64,000 nt of DNA from an uncultured Planctomycetota bacterium. GTDB taxonomy: Bacteria; Planctomycetota; Planctomycetia; Pirellulales; PNKZ01. The translations under genes and the position numbers were made by a program. Where the stretch lies: assembly GCA_963708675.1 (NCBI GenBank), contig CAVPTO010000003.1:1796719-1860718 (forward strand), in the 5' to 3' direction. The notes below the pieces were generated by a model. That model was given only the letters and a program-made list of their open reading frames with translations, was not told the origin of the DNA and searched no databases. Positions 35,552-45,936 of this stretch are shown piece by piece. The number at the start of each line of letters is the position of its first letter. The first letter of the stretch is position 1.

Positions 35552-38017
35552 CTACTTGCGAGCCTGCTTCACAACGGCGGGCCGAGTAGCGAAGGCCAAG
35601 GCCACCCACTCGTCGTCGATGTCGAACTGGCAGACACTCAGGTTCGCGAGGCCCGGCCGCCACGTCGTGACATTCGGCGGAAGGATATTGATCTGACGCG
35701 ACTGCGAGAAGATCTTGCTGAAGATGCTTCGCAGGGCGAGCTGCGCTTTCGGTCCAAGTCGATCGCCGATTAGCTGAACCGAACCGTCGCGCTCGATCGT
35801 CCCCTCAGGCGTCGACAAATTGGGCTTGTAATAAACTCGCACCGCGAAGTCTCGCCACGTCTCGCGGTGAATCTTGAGTTGGGCGATCGCGAGGTTGATT
35901 TCGATGCGGCCATCGGCACAACGCAATCGGATGGCGTTCTCGTTGGCGAATGTGATCGACAAGTCCTGATGTTCGGCTGCGGCGCCGGCGTCAATTTCAC
36001 GATTGAGCTTCGCAGCCAAATCCTCGCGAAGTTCAGGCAGCGTGAACGTCTTGCCGTCCCATTGGAACTGCTCGCACACGTTGTTAAGCAACGATTGGTG
36101 AATCTGAGCGCTCGCGATGCTGTCGCCTGGCGCTCGCGGACGAGGGCCGTGGCCGGCCAACTGTTCGTCGGTCGCCAGACGCATGCGTAGCGTGATGCGC
36201 TGCTCGGTCGTTTGCGCTTCGATCAATTCAGGCGAGAGGTCGAGGTTATTGAGCGGCCCAAGCACCGCTTCGCTGAATTTGGCGTTCGCCCGTTCGATGC
36301 GTGACGCGAGGTCTTTGTCCATCTCCTCGCGAATGCGTCGCGACAGTTTGCGACGTGCTTCGATGCGTGCCCGCTCCTGATTGTCTTCGAAGCTGGCCTC
36401 GGCAAAACTTTGCGCGACAAGCCCCAGCACCGGCACGAGGTCCAGGTCGGTTTCAACCGAGCGGAGTCGGGGTGTGGTCGAAGAGTCGGCCCGCGCCGGC
36501 TGACTTCGCAGGCCGCTCAAACCGATTTCTAGTTCTTTCGAGGCGACGAAGGCCGAGTCGCTTTCGCTGCGAAGGCGAACGATGCTCGCGATGGTCACCA
36601 TGTCGGCGGAAACGCGGCCGCGGGCTTCGAGCAGTAGCCGAGCCCGATTCGAATCTGGAATGAGTCGGAACGAAGCGTCGGTCCAGGTCGTGCTCCAACC
36701 GCGTGTCGGATTGCCGAGCACCACGTCGCGAACGTACGTCTCGCGCGGCGGTTGCGCTTGCACCAGGCGGTTCATCAAGTCGAGCGAGAACGTGACGCGC
36801 AAATTGGCGTTACGGTAGTGGGCGGTCATGTTCTCGGCGAGCTTCTGTTGCTGCCGACCTTCCGCCCAGGACAGACGTTGGTAGTTTTCGGCCACGCGAC
36901 GCGCGTCGGTTTGCAAACCGCTGTGCTCGAAGCATTCGATATCGAAGATCATTTGCCGCGGATCGACCGGCGCGGCCGCGATGGGACGCAACAGGTCGTG
37001 CAGTCGCACGAGCGGGTCGTTGCGATTGCCTTCGGTTTCCGCATCGACGCCGGCCCGATCGAGCCGTGCGAGAACGAACCCGGCAAGCCGTTGGCGTTCG
37101 TCGATGCTGAGAGAATCGTAGCGTTCGACCAGCTCGTGCAGCGCTTCGAGCATGAGCAATCGATTCGGTTTCGCATCGGCCTGCTTGGCATACGTTGCAT
37201 CGATCTCGCGCAGGCAACGCGCTAACGAATCGCCGCCCTCCAGCGAGGCTTGCATCGTTTGCGGTTTGTTTGTCGGCCAACTCGGCACGTGTTGCCATAC
37301 GTCAATGCGGCGGACCAGCGCCAATCCCGCGCGACGGAAGCTCGTGGCCCGCGGCCCTTCCGGGATCAGCGGCAACAACACGTTCTGCTCGGCGGCGAGA
37401 TCATCGAGGCGTTCGACGATGGCTGCGGCGCGTGGGTCGTTCGGTCCCTCAACATCGGCAAGCTCCGCAAGCGCGTCGCGCACGGCATGCGCCGAACGGC
37501 GAGCCTCGGGAAACTGTGCGAGTCGTTCCAGCTCTGCCAACAGATCGTGCGGCACCGGCCACCATCGCACCTTGGCCGCCGTTTCGATCGGTTTGGCGGG
37601 CTTCGTTTCGAGCAGCGGAGTCGGCCGAACTTCGGGCTTCACCTCGTCGTCGGGCGTCGTGAGGATTAGCGACGCGTTCGACATGACGGTCGGGCGCGGC
37701 GGTTGGTCGAAATCGAGCGGCAACCTCGTCGATCGAGCGATCGCCAACGTCGGTGACGGGGCGAGATTGATCTTCGGCGCCAGAGTCGGAGCCGGCGATT
37801 CTAACGCGACCGCAATCGCTCGCGGCGGCGCGAGCGGCACGGGTTCGGGACTCACCGTGACCTGGGCCTTGCGGGCCGCGTGTTCGTCGGGCCCTAGCAG
37901 CACGCGACGGCGTGCAACCTGTTCCCAGCCACGCGGAGCGGTGACTGCGAGAACAAACAAACAGGTCAAAGCTAGCAAGAATGGCCAGGCAGGAACGGGC
38001 GCGCGACGTCGGCTCAT
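35552..38017 (-). CDS. large hypothetical membrane-anchored protein
   Basis: Single N-terminal TM (WPFLLALTCLFVLAV). About 820 aa in a uniform coding frame. No motif recognised. Confidence 0.6.
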   Translation of the reverse strand: MSRRRAPVPAWPFLLALTCLFVLAVTAPRGWEQVARRRVLLGPDEHAARKAQVTVSPEPVPLAPPRAIAVALESPAPTLAPKINLAPSPTLAIARSTRLPLDFDQPPRPTVMSNASLILTTPDDEVKPEVRPTPLLETKPAKPIETAAKVRWWPVPHDLLAELERLAQFPEARRSAHAVRDALAELADVEGPNDPRAAAIVERLDDLAAEQNVLLPLIPEGPRATSFRRAGLALVRRIDVWQHVPSWPTNKPQTMQASLEGGDSLARCLREIDATYAKQADAKPNRLLMLEALHELVERYDSLSIDERQRLAGFVLARLDRAGVDAETEGNRNDPLVRLHDLLRPIAAAPVDPRQMIFDIECFEHSGLQTDARRVAENYQRLSWAEGRQQQKLAENMTAHYRNANLRVTFSLDLMNRLVQAQPPRETYVRDVVLGNPTRGWSTTWTDASFRLIPDSNRARLLLEARGRVSADMVTIASIVRLRSESDSAFVASKELEIGLSGLRSQPARADSSTTPRLRSVETDLDLVPVLGLVAQSFAEASFEDNQERARIEARRKLSRRIREEMDKDLASRIERANAKFSEAVLGPLNNLDLSPELIEAQTTEQRITLRMRLATDEQLAGHGPRPRAPGDSIASAQIHQSLLNNVCEQFQWDGKTFTLPELREDLAAKLNREIDAGAAAEHQDLSITFANENAIRLRCADGRIEINLAIAQLKIHRETWRDFAVRVYYKPNLSTPEGTIERDGSVQLIGDRLGPKAQLALRSIFSKIFSQSRQINILPPNVTTWRPGLANLSVCQFDIDDEWVALAFATRPAVVKQARK

Positions 38018-38197
38018 GCATTCATTCCTCGACACGGGCATGGCTCGACGATTGGCCCGCGTGCTAGCCGAAGAGATAAATCGGCTGCGAGGGATGTAGC
38101 GGTTCAGCCCTAACTTTCGCAATTATGCGATGTTCGGACACGTGCCCATGACGTTTTCGAGATACCCGGTCGACGCACTCTTGCCAAACTCTAACTT

Positions 38198-38566
38198 CTA
38201 TCCGTCCTCAACCAAAACCGTGTCGTCATGCTCGTATCCCGGCGCACAGCAGCAAAGGAACTTGAGAGTTTCCTGACCTGAGTTCGTAATTTGATGAGTA
38301 TTCCCTGGCGGGATAGCAATGGCATCGCCGGGACCGACCTCGTCCCACTCGACGCCGATCCGCATCCGGCCGACCCCTTCGAGGATGTAATAGATTTCCT
38401 CGGTGCGTCGGTGATAGTGCGGTGTCGTGCTAGCGCCCGGTTCGAGTCGAGCCTCGGCGAGGCTCTGATAGCGGATCGCTGAATTGCGTGACGCTAGCAG
38501 TTCTCGGATCTCCGAACCGTCCTTCGTCGTGAATGCTGGCACTCGTTCAATGTTTTTGATGTCCAT
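38198..38566 (-). CDS. cupin domain protein
   Basis: TTPHYHRRTEEIYYILEG....GD.I.IPPGNTHQI cupin motifs. Confidence 0.8.
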   Translation of the reverse strand: MDIKNIERVPAFTTKDGSEIRELLASRNSAIRYQSLAEARLEPGASTTPHYHRRTEEIYYILEGVGRMRIGVEWDEVGPGDAIAIPPGNTHQITNSGQETLKFLCCCAPGYEHDDTVLVEDG

Positions 38567-38573
38567 CGAAACC

Positions 38574-39227
38574 TCACGCTTCTGGAAGCCAGCGCAATCC
38601 AACCACGGCCGGCGAATACTCGCGTATGTCCCAATCGCTCGAATTGCCGAGCAGCGCGAAATCGAATCGCCCGTCGGCCTCGACCACGATAACGCTTCGC
38701 GGTGGCCCCAATTGCTCGATTCGCGTTAAAAGTTGCAGCATTTCTGGCTGACGATCGACGTAGAAATCAAACGGTGGCGAGCAGAATACAAGCCACGGAA
38801 GGCCATCGTCCGACGAAACAGGCTCCGCTCGTCGGAATTGAATCAACGTGTTGCCTGGCACAATCTGGCATCGCTCAGACACCTCAATCGTTGCCGCATT
38901 TTGACGAATGATGTCGGCCGTTGGGAAGTGATGCTCGAAAAAGGTCGCTTTCTCGGCGCCGCGGCTGAGGGCTTCGAACCCGAGCGCTCCGGTACCGGCG
39001 AACAAATCGAGCACGTGCTTGCCCTTGACGTCGGGCCCCAGCAAGTTAAAAACCGCTTCGCGGACACGGTCTTTCATGGGCCGCGTACGTGCATCGCCGC
39101 TGTAGAGCAGTTTACGTCCGCGGTGGGTTCCGCCAATAATGCGTAATGCCGTGGGTGTGGGCGTGGCCGCATTCGCGTCGGCATCGGCTCGGCGCGGTCG
39201 ATCGGAAGTGCGGCGCGGCTTCGTCAC
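38574..39227 (-). CDS. rsmD: 16S rRNA (guanine966-N2)-methyltransferase (GTG start chosen; an upstream ATG would overlap the divergent gene)
   Basis: [53 protein letters not shown]. Confidence 0.8.
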   Translation of the reverse strand: MTKPRRTSDRPRRADADANAATPTPTALRIIGGTHRGRKLLYSGDARTRPMKDRVREAVFNLLGPDVKGKHVLDLFAGTGALGFEALSRGAEKATFFEHHFPTADIIRQNAATIEVSERCQIVPGNTLIQFRRAEPVSSDDGLPWLVFCSPPFDFYVDRQPEMLQLLTRIEQLGPPRSVIVVEADGRFDFALLGNSSDWDIREYSPAVVGLRWLPEA

Positions 39228-39309
39228 AGTTAATGGCTCACGACGTTCAAGAAATCCAAACACGCGACAGCGTGTTCGAAACCTACCAACATACCCGGGA
39301 ACGCCCTTC

Positions 39310-40506
39310 ATGTTGATCCGCAAGTTCTTCATCGCCGCCAGTTTGTTCATGCTCCTCGCCGGTATTTCCACCGCTCAGCCGCCGGCCGAGACGCCAGCGG
39401 TGGAAAAGTCCGACAATGCCGATGCCGCGGCTCCCGCAGCTGCGACTCCTGCTGATGCCAAGCCCGACGCCGCCAAGCGAAAAGAGTCGGAAGACAAGTT
39501 CAACGAGTTGTTGAAGAAATGGACTGACCTTCGCGACGAGATGGAGAAGCTGCAGGTCGACTATAAGAGCACGCGCCCCGAGGATCGCAAGCCGCTGTCG
39601 GAGAAGTTCGACGAACTTTCGAAGCAAGGCAAAGCCATCGAGCAGCAGCTCGTGCGTGCCGCTGGCGCCGCCTATCGCGACTCAAAGGGCGAGGTCGAAA
39701 AGGCGGGCGACGTGCTTCAATCGCTCTCGTTCCATTACTTCAACCAGGATCGCTACGAGCGCGCTCTCGCCGCTGGTCGGCCTGTGCTCGACACGAAGGC
39801 GATGAATCCTCGTCTTTACAACGTCGATGGCGTGTCGGCATACCACGCCAATAACTTCGACCTCGCTGACAAGTACATGAAAAAGGCGGAAGAGGCCGGT
39901 GTTCTCGATCGTCATGGCAAGGAGTTGTTGGCGTCGCTGCCTTCGACGAAAGAGCTATGGGAAAAAGAGAAGGCCATTCGCGACAAGGAAACCAAAGACA
40001 ATGACCTGCCGCGCGTCGAACTTGTAACGACCAAAGGCCCTGTCATTCTCGAGCTGTTCGAGAACGAAGCTCCGCAAGCCGTGGCGAACTTCATCAACCT
40101 CGTCGAGAAGGGTTTTTATAACGGCCTGCCGTTCCATCGCGTGATCGATGGTTTCGTCGCGCAGGGTGGCGATCCGAAAGGCAACGGCACCGGCGGCCCT
40201 GGTTACCGCATTCCTTGCGAGTGCTACGAGCCGAACCATCGTCTCCACTTCCGCGGCAGCCTGAGCATGGCCCACGCGGGCAAGGACACCGGCGGCTCGC
40301 AATTCTTTTTGACGTTCACCCGTACGCCACATCTCGACGGCCAGCACACGGTGTTCGGCCGCGTCGTCGAGGGAATGGACAACGTTTCGCAATTGCAGCG
40401 CATCGAGCCCGGCCAAGATACTCGCACAAAGGCCGACAAGATCATCGAAGCGCGAGTGCTCCGCAAGCGCGACCACGCCTACGAGCCCACGAAGTTGCCG
40501 GAATAA
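39310..40506 (+). CDS. secreted cyclophilin-type peptidyl-prolyl isomerase with an N-terminal helical domain
   Basis: Signal peptide. C-terminal [15 protein letters not shown]...GGPGY...[19 protein letters not shown]...[11 protein letters not shown]. Confidence 0.9.
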   Translation: MLIRKFFIAASLFMLLAGISTAQPPAETPAVEKSDNADAAAPAAATPADAKPDAAKRKESEDKFNELLKKWTDLRDEMEKLQVDYKSTRPEDRKPLSEKFDELSKQGKAIEQQLVRAAGAAYRDSKGEVEKAGDVLQSLSFHYFNQDRYERALAAGRPVLDTKAMNPRLYNVDGVSAYHANNFDLADKYMKKAEEAGVLDRHGKELLASLPSTKELWEKEKAIRDKETKDNDLPRVELVTTKGPVILELFENEAPQAVANFINLVEKGFYNGLPFHRVIDGFVAQGGDPKGNGTGGPGYRIPCECYEPNHRLHFRGSLSMAHAGKDTGGSQFFLTFTRTPHLDGQHTVFGRVVEGMDNVSQLQRIEPGQDTRTKADKIIEARVLRKRDHAYEPTKLPE

Positions 40507-40560
40507 CGTCACTGTTGGTTAGCCGCGACGCGCCAGCGGAGCGCTCGAAGCGCCTTGTGC

Positions 40561-41517
40561 CTAAGTCGCCGCCAAAACCTCGACGTCCCCATGCACCGAC
40601 GCCAATCGCGTCCCCGGCGTGGCATGTTCCCGCCGAACGTACCCCAGCGCAACCACCTGCCCCAACAACGGCGACCACGCCGCCGACGTGATGTTGCCCA
40701 CGCCCTTGCCATCAACGCTTAACTCGCACCCGGCGGGCGGAACCTCGGGCCCGGCGAACCTCATCCGCACCAGCAACTTGTTGACGTGTCCCAGCGAATC
40801 GAGTCGAGCAACGGTTTCCTGTCCGATGTAGCAGCCCTTTGTGAAGCTGATCGTGCGTCGATCGCGGGCCACTTCTTGTGGTAGATTCTTGTCCGTCACG
40901 TCGACGCCGAACGCCGGCGTCCCCGCCTCGATTCTGGCCGTCTCAAACGCTTCGCGATTACACATCGTGGCACCCGCACCACGTAACACCTCGGCGACCG
41001 CGTTCGATTGCTCGACCGGGCACGCGATGAGATAGCCATCCGCAGGCGTGAAATCGACACGCCGCAACGCGACTCGGCAGCCCGCGATCGACGCCTCGCT
41101 GTGCGTCAGAACTTCTGCCGGCGCTGCTACGCCAACCGCTTCCAGCACGCCGCGAGCTTTCTCTCCGCCGAGAAACCATTCCGACCATTGCCCCGTTCGA
41201 TCGACGATCTCAACCTTTTCGCGAATCAAATAGCGATCGAGGTGCGCCGCCAAAAAAGCACCCTGCCCCGCGACGGTCTCGATCACGTGCGATTCCGCCC
41301 CCGCCCAGATCGTGGCGTACCCAAGAATATGACCGCGAGCATTGAGGAAGAACGCTTCGCAACCGCGGCCGTTTGGCAGTTTGCGAATGTCGTTCGTTGA
41401 AAGGTTGTGCAGAAATGCAGCCCGATCGCTGCCGGTGAGCTCAATCTGCGTGCGATCCGAAAGATCAACGAGCCCGGCCCCGTTCTTCAGCGCTTCGTAA
41501 TTGTCGAGTTGATTCAC
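40561..41517 (-). CDS. folate-binding YgfZ/GcvT-family protein
   Basis: GAGLVDLSDRTQIELTGSDRAAFLHNLSTNDI. GTGA overlap with the upstream stop. Confidence 0.75.
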   Translation of the reverse strand: MNQLDNYEALKNGAGLVDLSDRTQIELTGSDRAAFLHNLSTNDIRKLPNGRGCEAFFLNARGHILGYATIWAGAESHVIETVAGQGAFLAAHLDRYLIREKVEIVDRTGQWSEWFLGGEKARGVLEAVGVAAPAEVLTHSEASIAGCRVALRRVDFTPADGYLIACPVEQSNAVAEVLRGAGATMCNREAFETARIEAGTPAFGVDVTDKNLPQEVARDRRTISFTKGCYIGQETVARLDSLGHVNKLLVRMRFAGPEVPPAGCELSVDGKGVGNITSAAWSPLLGQVVALGYVRREHATPGTRLASVHGDVEVLAAT

Positions 41518-42751
41518 GCGACGGCGTCCTCGGCGACGGTGGGAAGCGCGTATTGAGCGTCGGCGAGCACGATGCAACTGTCGTGGCGCCGCGCAAGCCG
41601 TGCAAAGTCGTCGGCTTCCGTCGCGGCCGCCATCCCTAGATTTTCAACCACCGTCTCATCCAATTGACTGAGCAAGTACACACGCGCTCGCTGCAGGGCT
41701 TCTGCCAGTTCGATGGCCGGAAGCGTGTCGGTCAGCCGCAGTTTTTGCACGCGGTTCAATGCCTCATGAGGGTCTTCAACATCCACGAGATGTTCGAGTG
41801 CCGGCCCCGGTGATGCGGTGAGCTCCGTGCAAAGCGCGATGACACCGTCATCCGCCACCACACGTAACGCGGCGGCCAGCGCTCGCCCGACGTTGTCCCA
41901 AGTTTGCTGATCGCGACCTCCGCTGATGGCCGCAAGCACCAGGCTCGCGCGGCGAGGCACGACTTGTTCCCACGCCTCACGGCAACGCTCGCGCCCGCGC
42001 GTTCCACGGCCTCTGGCTCGCCGGCGATGATCGCCAGTGCCGTGTCGTCGGCCCCTGGAACCACTTGCACCGTAAACTGCGTGCCAGCCAGCCATCCCAC
42101 GCGTCGCACTTCTCCACGAGCACGGTCGATCAAATCAGCGTCGCCGTTGATGAGCCCCGGATGTCGAAATCGACGCTGCGTCGCCGCATCAGAAAACGTC
42201 GGATACAGCGCCCCTCGCGCACCGTGATAGATCACAGCGTGTTCGGGACGCATGCATCCAACGAGCACCACCAGGTCGGCATCGCACAGCAGCCGATTTA
42301 GATAGATCGGTCGACCCTTGGGCGTGCTCGTCAAAAAGCTGAGCTGTTCGCGATGCTCGGGGTCATGTGTCTGAAGTTTCACGTCCTTCCGAATCTCAGG
42401 GGCGAGCAACGCACGTGGGTCGGGCGCCTCGGCATGCTCGTCGTCCAGCGTTCGCAGCACGGTGATATCGGCCGGCAAGGCTCCGCCTTGAATCACGCTT
42501 TGCACGACCGCCGCGACAACGGCATCGTAGTCGGGAACCGCGGCCTCAAGCGCCACCACCACCTTGTCGCCTGGCACGACCGACTGACTCAACGGCGGAA
42601 AGCCGGCCGGCTGGTCGAGTGCTTGACGCGCATCAAGCATTGGGCTGCCCGAAACGTCGCCGCGCGGAGCGACGCATTCGGCGACCAAGGTCCCCGGGGG
42701 CAAATCGAGCGTGACTTCTCCGCCTCGACCGTAGTGCAACGTGGTAGCCAT
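41514..42751 (-). pseudogene. LarA-like (DUF2088, lactate racemase N-terminal domain) protein, frame broken at C-run 41994-41996
   Basis: N-terminal frame reads MATTLHYGRGGEVTLDLPPG...AIIAGEPEAVERAG. The continuation RERCREAWEQVVPRRASLVLAAISGGRDQQTW...ALCTEL lies in another frame. Confidence 0.7.
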
Positions 42752-42926
42752 ACAACAAGTGACTGCAAGCGAGGTGGTTTGGGGCGAATAGGCGGCAGGT
42801 TCGATGAACTTGCCGTTTGCATTATCGAGCCGACCCTTGAAGGGTCAAGAAGCGAGCTTTACCCGTTTTGCGAAACGTCGAATAATTGCGGCGCATTGGT
42901 CGCCTTTTGTTGCTGAGGTACTTCGC

Positions 42927-45408
42927 ATGTTCGCCGGCTATATGAAGCAAGCGTCTTCGTCGTTGCGGTTGCGGCGGTCGCTGTGGCTGATGGGCCTCGT
43001 GGCGATGACATCGGTCATCGGATGCAACGACGCGATCGAACCCCCCGCCGGTCCGAAGACAGGTCGCGAAGTCCTCGAACGCACCGCCGCCGCGTACCAA
43101 AAGGCGATGACCTATGCCGATGGCGGCGAGGTCCGCTTTCGTTTCAAGGACGGCGACAACGAATTCGACGAAACGTATCCGTGGTCGGTTTCGTTCGCGC
43201 GTCCGAATAAGCTGCGAATGCACGTCTATGGCGCGATCGTGGTCTGCGATGGCAAAGACTTTTTTGCGACGCTCGCCGACGTGCCCGGCCAGGTGTTGAA
43301 GAAAACCGCCCCTGCGGTCCTTTCGCAAGAAGTGATCTACGAGAACCCGACGCTCTACGACCAAATGCTGCAGCGCGTCGCCGGTGGTTCGGTGCCGCTG
43401 ATGTTTCTGCTCGACTCGAACGCGCTGAACTTGCTGCTGTTCGAGACCGGTGAGCCGACGTTGCTCGATGCCGAGCCGATCGACGACATTTCTTGCTACC
43501 GCGTCAAGATTCCTCGCAAAGACGGCGACCTCATCTTCTGGATCGAGCAACGTGGCTATGAAATCCGTCGCATCGAGTTGCCGCTGAAAGATCTGGCCGA
43601 GCACCTTCGCCAAGACGGCGTGAAGGTGAGCGACTTGTCGGTCGTTGCCGATTTGAAAGGCGCGACGCTCGGCGCCAAGGTCGATGACGTGGCGTTCCGT
43701 TTCGATGCTCCGAGCGAAGCACGCATCGTGCAAGACTTCGCCCTCATGCCGCAGCCGCTGCCGCCGAGCCGTTTGCTCGGCACGAAGATTGGCGATTTCC
43801 GCTTTACCACGCTCGATGGCGAGGAAGTCACGCGCGAGTCGCTGGTCGGCAAAGCGGTGGTTCTCGATTTCTGGGCCACATGGTGCGTCCCCTGCTTTCA
43901 AACGTTGCCCGAGATGCAGCGCGTGTACGAACGTTTCAAAGACGACGACCGCATTCGTTTTTTGGCCGTGAGCATCGACCGCGCACCGACCATGTCGTCG
44001 GGCGTGAAGGCGGTCGACGGCGGCGCGGTGGCCGATGTGCCTGCCGTCGAAAACGCTGTCGTGCGAGACGCGTTCGTCAAAGCCAAGCTGTCGATCCCCA
44101 TCGTGCGCGATCTCGCTCAGCAGGCGAACACCGTCTTCGAAGTCGAGCAGATTCCGAACTTGTTCATTCTCGGCCCCGACGGCACGGTCGAAGATCACGA
44201 ACTCGGCGCGAATGCAGAATTGGCGGCGCAACTGCCCGGCCGACTCGAACGCTTGTTGGCCGGTGGAAGTTTGGTGAAAGAAGCTCGCACCCGCTACGAC
44301 GATCGTTTGCGTCGATACGAGGCGCAGTTCCAAACCTCGGCCGGAGGTGGCTCGACAAACAGCAGCACTTCGACGGGCGCTCAAGGCGATCCGAACTTGC
44401 AACGCGGCACCGTGGCGCCAGCCACAAAGCCTGAGAAGCTGACGATCTCGCGCGTTTGGTCGTCGACCAACGTCGACCAGCCCGGCAACATTGTCGTCCT
44501 CGGCGAAGGGAGTGACACTCGCATCCTCGTCATCGAAAAGCTGACGTCGGTCGTCGAGCTCGACGGCCAAGGCAATGTTGTCGCTCGACACGCGCTCGAC
44601 CTGCCCAAGTCGCCCGAGGACGGCATCGTCGCGTTCTTGCGCACGGCCGTCGACACTTCGGGCCAGCGGTGGTACGTCGGCGCAGCAAGCAGCCGTCAGC
44701 AGTTGCACGTGTTCGATAGCCAGTGGCAACGCAAGTTCAGCTATCCCGAGACGACGAGTGCCGCCGGCATTGCGGACGTCGAACTCGGCGATCTCGACGG
44801 CGACGGGCAGATCGACATTAACGTCGGCTACTACGACGTGGTAGGCGTGCAATCGGTCGGACTTGATGGACGTCGCAAGTGGAGCAACCGCGCACTGGCG
44901 AACGTCATCAGCCTCGCCGTCACGGGACGAGACACCGAAGGCCATCGCAACCTGTGGTGCGCTCGACGAGCGCGGCACGATCGTCCCGATCGATTACCAG
45001 GGGCGAGAGTTGCCGCCTCAGCCGGTCGGCGGACAGTTCATTCGTCTGATCAAAGCGGCCGGCCCCGATGGCGAACGTCAGTACCTCGCCGTCGCCACGA
45101 CCGGCCCCGGCGCCGACACGGCGTTGGGTCTCGACGACCAGGCTCGACCACAGTGGTCGATGGCGCTGCCGCCGGGCCTGCAGCCGATCCCGTCGGTCGA
45201 CATGATCGCTCACGGCGACCTGGCCGGCACCGGCGTGATGCAGTGGGTGATCCTCGGCAGCGACGCGTCGCTGAACGTCGTCGCCATCGACGGCACGATC
45301 GTCGATCGCTGGAACTACGGCTCCGCCGTCAGCGGCTTCGCCGTCGCTCCCGGCCGCCGCCTCGTCGTCGCCACCGCCCAAGGCGTCGAGATGTGGCAAG
45401 TCGAGTGA
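42927..45408 (+). pseudogene. lipoprotein with TlpA-like thioredoxin domain and C-terminal FG-GAP/beta-propeller-like region, frame broken near 44953-44958
   Basis: Lipobox SVIGC. DFWATWCVPCFQ. DLDGDGQIDI. The frame changes between ...GRDTEGHRNLW and GALDERGTIVPIDYQG..., ending at TGA 45406-45408. Confidence 0.7.
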
Positions 45409-45416
45409 CCGCGTCT

Positions 45417-45470
45417 CCTTCTCCCGCCGGGAGAAGGTGGCCGAAGGCCGGATGAGGGCGGCCACCATCC
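45417..45470. repeat. half copy of the 'PLPLGEG' palindromic repeat (copy c)
   Basis: CCTTCTCCC-GCCG-GGAGAAGG then GATGAGGGCGG. Matches the left half of 47600-47735. Confidence 0.75.
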
Positions 45471-45561
45471 TCTCGAATCGTCGGCACGACGTTCCCCACC
45501 ACATCGTGTCGTTACTGCTCGCGCACGCCCTCGACTTATTGCCATACCCATGAGATCGGGG

Positions 45562-45624
45562 GTTTTGTGCAATAAGTCGCACTTCTTGCACAGCCACGTC
45601 GACTTCTTGCACAGCGTGCAATAA
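45562..45624 (+). repeat. short-motif cluster: GTGCAATAA x2 and ACTTCTTGCACAG x2. The first 28 bp are identical to the reverse complement of 16149-16176.
   Basis: Read directly: TGTGCAATAAGTCGCACTTCTTGCACAG CCACGTCG ACTTCTTGCACAG C GTGCAATAA. Confidence 0.75.
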
Positions 45625-45679
45625 CGGAGATCGCTGGTCGCGGGCTCTGATCATGTCCCAATCATCGTGTTGGCGATCC

Positions 45680-45740
45680 ATCACCGCTTGCGGTTTCGCG
45701 CGTCATAGGAAGAGTTACGCGCGAAACCGCAAGCGGTGAT
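45680..45740. repeat. perfect 23-bp inverted repeat (AAACCGCAAGCGG family), second copy at 56021-56090
   Basis: ATCACCGCTTGCGGTTTCGCGCG, 15-nt spacer, CGCGCGAAACCGCAAGCGGTGAT. Confidence 0.85.
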
Positions 45741-45842
45741 CATGCGTCTCACAGCGGGTCCATGAGACGAATCGCCGCGCACCTTAATCGATTTCGTGGC
45801 CTACTTTCAACGACGCTTTCAGGCCAGCGCACGACGATTGTC

Positions 45843-45932
45843 CTGTAGGGAACGCCCTCCGTGGCGTTCCACGAAGCGCGATCGAGTATCAACACGCGCG
45901 CTGCGGAACGCCACGGAGGGCGTTCCCTACAG
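45843..45932. repeat. perfect 28-bp inverted repeat with self-complementary arms, 5 nt from the stop of the AMP-ligase gene
   Basis: CTGTAGGGAACGCCCTCCGTGGCGTTCC, 34-nt spacer, GGAACGCCACGGAGGGCGTTCCCTACAG. Each arm contains GGAACGCC..GGCGTTCC. Confidence 0.85.
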
Positions 45933-45936
45933 ATCG

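Noticed and set aside
42822-44978. 718-aa minus-strand ORF
   Set aside because: It is antisense to the thioredoxin/FG-GAP lipoprotein gene, has no motifs and has an Arg/Ala-biased composition. It is a shadow ORF. The same reasoning applies to 289..1509(-), 6521..8128(-), 21648..22676(-), 22746..23762(-), 45994..47331(+), 48631..49818(+), 56176..57789(+), 59448..60725(-), 11411..12469(+) and 11665..12867(+).
45409-45936. CRISPR array
   Set aside because: The repeats here, and elsewhere in the window, are inverted (palindromic) and of different families. They are not regularly spaced direct repeats with unique spacers, and no cas genes are present.
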